Positions 29,219 through 35,607 of a stretch of 35,607 bases of DNA are shown here, piece after piece. Below the pieces are notes generated by a model. The model did no database searches. It saw nothing but the letters and a program-made list of their open reading frames with translations, and was not told the origin of the DNA. Position 1 is the stretch's first letter; every line of letters starts with the position of its first letter. The translations under genes and the position numbers were made by a program. The stretch comes from an uncultured Chthonomonadaceae bacterium (GTDB lineage: Bacteria; Armatimonadota; Chthonomonadetes; Chthonomonadales; Chthonomonadaceae): positions 1 to 35,607 of the forward strand of contig CAWIEK010000062.1 in the NCBI GenBank assembly GCA_963835065.1. The letters run 5' to 3'.

Positions 29219-31129
29219 TTAAGCGGGGTGGGCGTAGAAGGCGGACAGCAGCAGGAATTTTGCCGTGTAGTCAATGGCCGCTTCGTTGGTCACATAATCC
29301 TGAACGGTGTCGTGGTAGACGGCAACCTCGTCCGGCAGATCGGCGGGCGGGATGGGACCGGGCAGCATCTGCATATCATCGAACTTGTCCATGACAATGT
29401 GCTGCGCGCTGAAAATCTCCTGCGTTGCCGGCCCGCCGACCAATGCGCCCGTCAATTCCAATTTCTTCAAGTTGGCGATGGGATGATGCGGGAACAGGGG
29501 ATAGCGGGTACCCGCCCCGATCAGATACGACATGCTGAAGGGATTGCAGCCTAAGATGAAATCGCGCTGCTGCCGCGCCACATCGAGATACACTTCCCGG
29601 CTGCTGTCGTCCAAAATCTGCGCGTACAGCAGGCAGTTGAGCGCCGCGCCCGCCGCCGCTTCCGCCGTGCCCCAGATGTAGGGCGTCGCCAGGCCGTAAG
29701 GATTGGCGGAGCGCAGGCGGGCATAATCGGCGTCTGCGCGCAGATACTGCCGCAGCCGCAGTTTATCCTCGCCGTTGACATAGGGAAGCAGCGAGTAATG
29801 GGCTAGCGCATGGGTGTTGTAAATGCTGGTCGCCTCATACGCCGCGCCTGCCCGGTGCGCGAAGTCAATGGCCTGCCGCAGATATTCGGGCTTGCGCGTG
29901 GCGCGGTGCAATTCGATTGCGCCCCACGCCATGTCGTCTTCCCACGTCTTTTCAGGATAAAAGTCGGCGGGAATGGTACTCAGCGCGACAGGGTTGTCAA
30001 GCCCAAGCTGATACACCGTCTGTGCGGCCTCGTAGCAGCGGTGCGCGAATTGCTGGTCGTGCCGGGCGTACAATCGCGATGCAATCGCAAAGGCCGCCGC
30101 CGTTCGTCCCGCCAAATTCGCGCCGATGCCGTAATACGCGAGGCGCGGCTTCCAATCCGCCGTGTTGACGACACTATCCTGCTCCGGCAAGCGCCATACG
30201 TCGTGGTCTGACTCGTCGCCGATCTGGAAATAAAACTCGTCGGGCGCGGGGTGCATCTTCAGCAGCCATTCCAAACCCACGCGGGCGTTCGCCAGAAGGG
30301 GTGGCAGGGGCGCGAACGTGGAATGGGAATGTGTCAATTGGGGAAAATGGTCACACGTAAACAGCATCAGCGCGGTGACGTAACTGGCGGTTTCCACAAA
30401 CTTCATGTAATCGCCAGCATCGTGCCAGCCGCCGCTGCCGTCCAAAATCTGCCCGTCGCGCGGCCCGCCCACAATTACGCCATCATCGGCATGGCAGTTG
30501 TGGGGCGCATTGTCACCCGTGCCGCAGCGCTGGATGGTGAAATAATCCAGCGTCAGGCCGATGAGATCACGGTACAAATTCGGCCCAATGGAAAAAGGCG
30601 CGGAATGGACGCCGTTGGACAGGCGCAGGCGATAGCGTCCGGGGCGGGTAAAATCCTCGAACTCGGCGATGTAGTGGTGCGGGAAGCGGCCATACTGCGC
30701 GCCCGAAGGAGCGGTATAACGCCGCAGTTCGCCCTGATAGCGCACTTTGGGCATCGTATCGTCGTCAAGGATGCTGAAACTGTTGCCGGGAATAGGGCCG
30801 TGCGCGGGAATAACCGCCCGCTTGCTTTCATTGGGCAGATACCCGACCTGATTGAGATGGATATGCGCTTCGACAACGGGCATGGGTGTGGCAACGCCTT
30901 GCTTGTTTTTGCCGCGCGCATTGGCGGTGGAAAGCCGTTTGGCGCGCGCAGAAGCGAAACGCGGCTTGCTGTCGCCCGCGAACGCCGCCTTGCTCAACGC
31001 CGATTGCGCGGCAATGCCTGCGCTCGACAGCGCCGCGCGCCGCAGAAACTCGCGCCGCGAAACATTGCTTTTAAGCAGCGGAGTTGGGCTGGTATTAAAA
31101 GTTGGGTTATTAAAATCGGTGGCCTGCAT
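29219..31129 (-). CDS. Glycoside hydrolase family 9 with an N-terminal Ig-like domain and Tat signal
   Basis: SRREFL twin-arginine motif; HLNQVGYLP Ig-like start; GGWHDAGD, PHH and TNEAAIDY catalytic motifs. Confidence 0.92.
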   Translation of the reverse strand: MQATDFNNPTFNTSPTPLLKSNVSRREFLRRAALSSAGIAAQSALSKAAFAGDSKPRFASARAKRLSTANARGKNKQGVATPMPVVEAHIHLNQVGYLPNESKRAVIPAHGPIPGNSFSILDDDTMPKVRYQGELRRYTAPSGAQYGRFPHHYIAEFEDFTRPGRYRLRLSNGVHSAPFSIGPNLYRDLIGLTLDYFTIQRCGTGDNAPHNCHADDGVIVGGPRDGQILDGSGGWHDAGDYMKFVETASYVTALMLFTCDHFPQLTHSHSTFAPLPPLLANARVGLEWLLKMHPAPDEFYFQIGDESDHDVWRLPEQDSVVNTADWKPRLAYYGIGANLAGRTAAAFAIASRLYARHDQQFAHRCYEAAQTVYQLGLDNPVALSTIPADFYPEKTWEDDMAWGAIELHRATRKPEYLRQAIDFAHRAGAAYEATSIYNTHALAHYSLLPYVNGEDKLRLRQYLRADADYARLRSANPYGLATPYIWGTAEAAAGAALNCLLYAQILDDSSREVYLDVARQQRDFILGCNPFSMSYLIGAGTRYPLFPHHPIANLKKLELTGALVGGPATQEIFSAQHIVMDKFDDMQMLPGPIPPADLPDEVAVYHDTVQDYVTNEAAIDYTAKFLLLSAFYAHPA

Positions 31130-31265
31130 AGTGACAGCCTTTTCTCAGCGAACCAAAACCATAAGATATCCAACTAAAGATAGCAGTTCCGTATGTCGCG
31201 CGTTCGCGTGGCGCAATGGTAAATTTGTTGGATTATCGGCGTCCATCAAGACACGCTCTATAGCG

Positions 31266-31292
31266 AGACGCTTGGAGATAGGATACAGTTCC
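31266..31292 (-). promoter_or_regulatory. Candidate ECF sigma promoter for the GH9 gene
   Basis: Minus strand reads GGAACT-N16-CGTCT, about 140 bp upstream of the GH9 start. Confidence 0.4.
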
Positions 31293-31464
31293 GCTTTTGT
31301 TTTAGCCCTGTGCCGACATTCTGTGAATGTCCGATTTATTTTCATGCGAAACTCTTCCCAACATGCCCGCGACGTGGTACAATAACCATAGACACGAATC
31401 ACTCTCAACGTGGTTGCGCTGGTTTCCAGCCCGTGTTTCAATTGAATAGCGCGTTTTGAATGAC

Positions 31465-31546
31465 CGCTAGGGGTGCTGCAAAGCTGAGAAGGCAATTTCG
31501 CCTAACCCTGACTACCTGATTCGGGTAATACCGACGGAGGGAAGCG
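31465..31546 (+). ncRNA. TPP (THI-box) riboswitch aptamer
   Basis: cgctaGGGGTGCtgcaaaGCTGAGAaggcaatttcgcctaACCCtgactACCTGATtcggGTAATAccgaCGgAGGgAagcg: all hallmark segments are present; P1 cgct/agcg, P4 cct/agg, P5 tcgg/ccga. Confidence 0.95.
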
Positions 31547-31570
31547 ACCAAACGCCGCCACTTGAAAAAA

Positions 31571-31636
31571 TCCTTCAAACCTGGCTGCCGTCGCTTTCGC
31601 CGCTGCGCAAGCGACGGCATTTTGCGTTTGGAAGGA
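31571..31636 (+). terminator. Riboswitch expression platform: terminator hairpin plus SD-sequestering stem
   Basis: 11-bp stem tgccgtcgctt (31586-96) / aagcgacggca (31609-19) followed by TTTTGCGTTT; tccttcaaac (31571-80) can pair with gtttggaagga (31626-36). Confidence 0.8.
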
Positions 31637-31643
31637 GAAGAGG

Positions 31644-32534
31644 ATGCGTTACACAGGAAGTAGGGAACAGGGAACAGGAAACAGGGAACAGGAGGAGACG
31701 GGTTCCCCTCAACTCTCAACCGGGCGTCCGCTTGCGGACTACAACCGGGCGTTTACCTTGATTGAGTTGCTCGTCGTGATCGCTATTATCGCGATTTTGG
31801 CGGCGATTTTGTTTCCGGTTTTTGCGCAGGCGCGGGAGTCGGCTCGGCAGGCGGTCTGCACGTCCAATGTGCGGCAAATCGGATTGGCGGTGCAGATGTA
31901 CACGCAGGACAACGACGAAACCCTGCCTATCTTCTTCGCCTACAACACGCAGGACCCGGCGACGGGGCAGTCGGCGAAAGCGGGCCAACCCCTGCACAAA
32001 GGCGTGGAACTGGAAGTCCTGCCGTATGCCAAAAACAAGGACATTTTCAAGTGTCCCGACGATTTGGGCAGCGCGTTCCTATCCGACCCGACGTATGGCT
32101 GCCCCGGCCTGCGTTCCTATCAAGCGTGCTACGGATCGAGCTACCGGTTCACCAAGCGGGCGTTCAGCATCATCGGGCAGGATCAGGCGGGGCCGACCAA
32201 TGGCTCCAGCCAGAACAACGATACGACGCAATTTCCCACCAGTTTCGTTTCCACGCTTGCCGGCATGACCGCGCCGTCCGACACCCGCATCATGCGCGAC
32301 GAGATGATGCCCTGGTTCGGCGCAACAGACAAAGGCGGCGCGAAATACGGCTACTATCCCGACTACTTTGCGCAATGGCACAGCCGGGGCGGCGGCACGG
32401 TCTTCGCGGACGGCCACGCCAAATTCACTGTCAGCGCCCTCCAGTTCGATCAGCAGGTCGTCTGCCCCGCCGGCGGACGCAGCGGCGACACCGACCCGGC
32501 CACCAACACCGCCTACTACTGGGAGTGCGATTAG
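31644..32534 (+). CDS. Prepilin-type N-terminal cleavage/methylation protein with DUF1559 and H-X9-DG motif (TPP-regulated)
   Basis: [48 protein letters not shown]-terminal [21 protein letters not shown]. Confidence 0.93.
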   Translation: MRYTGSREQGTGNREQEETGSPQLSTGRPLADYNRAFTLIELLVVIAIIAILAAILFPVFAQARESARQAVCTSNVRQIGLAVQMYTQDNDETLPIFFAYNTQDPATGQSAKAGQPLHKGVELEVLPYAKNKDIFKCPDDLGSAFLSDPTYGCPGLRSYQACYGSSYRFTKRAFSIIGQDQAGPTNGSSQNNDTTQFPTSFVSTLAGMTAPSDTRIMRDEMMPWFGATDKGGAKYGYYPDYFAQWHSRGGGTVFADGHAKFTVSALQFDQQVVCPAGGRSGDTDPATNTAYYWECD

Positions 32535-32535
32535 G

Positions 32536-32723
32536 AAAATGAACCACCCGCTTCGCTAGAGACACAGAGGCACAGAGGAAAAGCCAATGCGAGAAAAACA
32601 ACGAGAACAAGGAGAGAAAATGGAACCGCAAAGAGGCAAAAGAAGCAAAGTGGTTTATTCTCTTCTTTTCTTTTTTTCTTCCTCTGTGTCTCTGTGTCTC
32701 TAGCGAAGCGGGTGGTTCATTTT
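32536..32723. repeat. 188-bp element with 45-bp inverted repeats (one mismatch) built on CACAGAG nonamer units
   Basis: aaaatgaaccacccgcttcgctagagacacagaggcacagaggaa (32536-32580) versus 32679-32723; fills the whole gap between convergent stop codons. Confidence 0.9.
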
Positions 32724-33927
32724 ATGCGAGGAATTCGCTTAATACGGTGTTGGCGAGGAGCAGGCCGCGATGCGTGAGGCGGAGGGTGTCCGCTTCGAGG
32801 ATGAGCAGGCCGCGCCGGGTTAAGTTTTCGAGTTGGGGCGCATAATGGGCGAGCGGGTCAATGTGAAAGCGATGGCGCAGGCGGGACAGGGGCAGGCCGT
32901 CGCGCAGGCGCAGGCCGAGCATGATGGTTTCGCCCAGTGTTTCTTCCATTGTCAGCTGCTCCGACTCGACGGTCAGATCCGCCTGCGCCTGCGCCTTTTG
33001 CACGTAGCGGGCGGGCAGGCGCTCGCGCTTCCAGCGTCGCCCCCCGATATAGGAAACCGCGCCCGGTCCGATGCCCAGATACTCCTCGTTGCGCCAGTAG
33101 ACCAGATTGTGGCGGCAGCGAAAGCCGGGGAGAGCGAAGTTGCTGACTTCGTAATGGTCGTACCCGGAAGCGGTCAGCAGTTGGATGCTGCGCTCGTACA
33201 TTTCCAGTTCGGCGTCCTCGTCGGGCAAGTCCAGTTTGCCGCCTGCGTGGAGCCGCTCAAAGCGCGTCCCGGCTTCCAGCGTCAGGGCGTACAGGGATAG
33301 ATGCGTTGTGCCAAGCGCCAGCGCGCGCTGCAGCGAGGCTTCCCAAAGCGACGTGGTTTGCTTCGGCAGGGCAAACATCAGGTCGAGGCTGAGATTGTCG
33401 AAACCGGCCTGCCGCGCCAGCCGCAGCGCGTTCTCGGCGTCCTGAGCGGTATGGAACCGATCCAGCGCGGTCAGCAGCGTATCATCGAAGGATTGAACGC
33501 CGATGCTCAAGCGGTTGAACCCTGCCCTCCGCATCTGCGCGAACCGGGCCGCGTCGGAAGAGCCGGGGTTCGCTTCGCTGGAAATTTCGGCGTCCGGCGC
33601 AACCGGGAAATAATCGCGTATCGCGCCCACAATGCGCTCCAGTTGCTCACCCTGTAAGAATGTCGGCGTTCCCCCGCCGAAAAAGATCGTTTGTACCGGG
33701 CGCTCGCCCAAAACCCCGTTGCCTTGCTCTTCTTCCCCTGCTGCGCGTTGCAATGTGGCTTGTTCCCGGCTTGCCTGCGCAATGTCCCGGCAAATCGCTT
33801 CCACTGTGGCGGCAACAATCGCGCTTTGCGCTTTTTCCACATACGTGTTGAAGTCACAATAGGCGCAATGGCGCGTACAAAACGGAATGTGTACGTAAAT
33901 GGCAAGCGGCAAAGCGGTTTCTGTCAT
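32722..33927 (-). CDS. hemW: Radical SAM heme chaperone HemW
   Basis: YVHIPFC-x3-C-x2-CDFN, GGGTPT and the HemW-type HNLVYW motif; AAGGAG SD. Confidence 0.93.
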   Translation of the reverse strand: MTETALPLAIYVHIPFCTRHCAYCDFNTYVEKAQSAIVAATVEAICRDIAQASREQATLQRAAGEEEQGNGVLGERPVQTIFFGGGTPTFLQGEQLERIVGAIRDYFPVAPDAEISSEANPGSSDAARFAQMRRAGFNRLSIGVQSFDDTLLTALDRFHTAQDAENALRLARQAGFDNLSLDLMFALPKQTTSLWEASLQRALALGTTHLSLYALTLEAGTRFERLHAGGKLDLPDEDAELEMYERSIQLLTASGYDHYEVSNFALPGFRCRHNLVYWRNEEYLGIGPGAVSYIGGRRWKRERLPARYVQKAQAQADLTVESEQLTMEETLGETIMLGLRLRDGLPLSRLRHRFHIDPLAHYAPQLENLTRRGLLILEADTLRLTHRGLLLANTVLSEFLA

Positions 33928-34193
33928 TCGATCAACTCCTTCTCCCTATTGTACTACGAACGCGAAATTTTAATAAGAAAATAGTTCCTTTTTGGCAATG
34001 TTACCTGTTGCATTTCAGGCGTACTTTAGGATAGAATAGGAGCAGAACTATCAGCGTACAGTAATGCTTCTGTTTACCTCCAGCCTGACCGCAGGATGAA
34101 GGTGTTCGACGCAATACAGGTACGGCGAAGATTATGTTCGTTCGTTTTGCTGCAAAAGCCACTTACCGGCATTGTCTATCCGAGGGCAAAATC

Positions 34194-34838
34194 ATGTCAC
34201 GCGCCAATGGGATCACTCGTCAGGAAATTTTAACTGCCATCAAATGGAATGGAAGCATGACCGCCGAAGAATTGGCGCGGGAATTGACCATTTCGCAAGT
34301 TGCAGTACGCCAGCACCTTGCCTCCCTGGAAGCGGAAAATATGATTTCCATTTCCGTAGACCGTAAGGGTCTGGGCCGCCCTTCCCATCGGTATCGCCTG
34401 ACCTCTTATGGCGACGAGACGTTCCCGCGCCGGTACGAAGGATTTTCTGCCGCGCTGCTGCGGGAGTTGGAAGACTGGCAGGGCGAGGAAGCGATTGAAG
34501 CCCTTTTTGCCCGCCTGCGCGAACAGGGTGTTCAGAGATTGCAGCATCGCACCGCCGGCAAAACGCTTGGGGAGAAGGTGAAGGAGTTGGCCCGCATCCA
34601 AACCGAGTTCGGCTTCATGGCGGAAGCGGCGGCGGGGGATGAGGACGGCGAATGGCGTATTGTACAGCACAACTGTTCCCTGTGCGCCGTGGCAAGCCAT
34701 TATCCAAAAGCCTGCTGCCGCAACGAGATGCAGATGCTGGAGCAGTTGCTCGGCGACGTGGATATCCAGCGCGAAAAGTATATTCTGGCCGGGGACAATA
34801 CGTGTACGTACAGGATACAGGAAGGACAGGGAACGTAA
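34194..34838 (+). CDS. SufR-like HTH transcriptional regulator (putative Fe-S sensor)
   Basis: AVRQHLASLEAE, GRPSHRYRLT..G.E.FP; C-terminal HNCSLC...CCRNE...TC ligand pattern; start at ATG 34194. Confidence 0.82.
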   Translation: MSRANGITRQEILTAIKWNGSMTAEELARELTISQVAVRQHLASLEAENMISISVDRKGLGRPSHRYRLTSYGDETFPRRYEGFSAALLRELEDWQGEEAIEALFARLREQGVQRLQHRTAGKTLGEKVKELARIQTEFGFMAEAAAGDEDGEWRIVQHNCSLCAVASHYPKACCRNEMQMLEQLLGDVDIQREKYILAGDNTCTYRIQEGQGT

Positions 34839-35067
34839 GCCCTTGTAGAAGTTGATCAAGCCGCTTGTGGAAACGGGAAGTCCTGCAAGCGTTGGAAAAG
34901 GGTAGGTAGAAAAAGAGTATGTAGAGGCATCGTCGAAATCTTGGCAATACAGCGCTTCCAGCCCGATGTCTCATTGTGTCAAGTTGTAGAAGAGAGGCAT
35001 CAGGGCCTCAGCGGCGTCAGGGCGAGCGGGAGGGGTGAAACATAGGCTTTGCACCTCCCTTCGTGGT

Positions 35068-35095
35068 TAGTTGATAGTTGATAGTTGATAGTTGA
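35068..35095. repeat. Perfect heptamer tandem (TAGTTGA)x4
   Basis: Four exact copies. Confidence 0.9.
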
Positions 35096-35246
35096 GAGGA
35101 ACTGCCAGCGTTCAACCTTCCGGTCTGTATAGTAGACACTTGTACTATTTAGACAGGGGAATGGGGCAAAAGGTTCACTGTTTTGGCGTTATTTTGCTCT
35201 TTTTTCTGTTTTTATCAGGACGGTTCTCGTGGTACACTAAAAATAG

Positions 35247-35534
35247 ATGGCTGACATGATTTCTGAAACTATGACGCCGCAGGAAGTCGCGGATCGGGTA
35301 CGCCCTTATGTTGCGAATAAGAAAGTGGGAACGATTCCGCTCTTGATAGATGAGGCGGGCATCCACCTGAGAAATGGTTACTGGCGCGTTCCTGTGCGTC
35401 CCTACGTGGAACCGCAGCCTCTTTTTGCGTATTATGAAGCGCTGGCCGACATTGACGACGCGATTCACGACAGGGAAGGCATCAAGGTCACTGTTACATC
35501 GGGCGACCCTCTGAGTGAAGATACCACAACCTGA
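35247..35534 (+). CDS. Small hypothetical protein
   Basis: 95 aa with protein-like composition (GYWRVPVRP...YYEALADI); weak SD. Confidence 0.65.
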   Translation: MADMISETMTPQEVADRVRPYVANKKVGTIPLLIDEAGIHLRNGYWRVPVRPYVEPQPLFAYYEALADIDDAIHDREGIKVTVTSGDPLSEDTTT

Positions 35535-35607
35535 TTTCGGAAACGTTTTCATATAGAAAGAACGTTGCCAGTTCAGGCAGGCGAATTTTGTTATCACAGC
35601 CGGGGAT

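Noticed and set aside
30251..31177. 308-aa plus-strand ORF
   Set aside because: Antisense shadow of the GH9 gene.
31233..31262. Sigma28 promoter (GCCGATAA) upstream of GH9
   Set aside because: The -10 element matches, but the -35 (TAGA at 16 nt) is off-consensus; insufficient support.
34860..34965. Selenocysteine read-through of a minus-strand TGA near 34961
   Set aside because: No convincing SECIS or redox motif, and the frame runs antisense through the SufR-like gene.

Overview
GC-rich bacterial chromosomal window with about 31 protein-coding loci and no rRNA, tRNA or CRISPR array. The gene content (two prepilin/H-X9-DG pseudopilin-like genes, a DUF6785-type membrane protein) resembles Armatimonadota or PVC-like lineages; this is an inference. 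Most genes are housekeeping or metabolic: two MFS transporters, HtrA, FKBP, a PilZ protein, an O-methyltransferase, an aldo/keto reductase, a serine hydrolase, DinB, GH32, GH9, an aminotransferase, HemW and a SufR-like regulator. Highlights: (1) a complete TPP riboswitch with a terminator/anti-terminator and anti-SD platform directly upstream of a prepilin-type DUF1559/H-X9-DG gene, suggesting a thiamine-regulated pilin-like uptake protein; (2) a tandem-duplicated ABC/AAA_21 ATPase + TOPRIM-like (DUF4276-type) two-gene module with conserved ends and divergent middles, a candidate defence locus, partly frameshifted; (3) a 156-bp MITE with 26-bp perfect terminal inverted repeats and a 10-bp target-site duplication, carrying REP-like palindromes; (4) many intergenic repeat families (heptamer tandems, nonamer inverted repeats, GTAG-REP doublets, CCCTCACCCC hairpins), some of which have entered coding ends; (5) a sigma54 promoter in front of the PilZ gene and an unannotated Cys/His protein at the left edge. 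All calls come from reading the sequence by eye; no searches were run.
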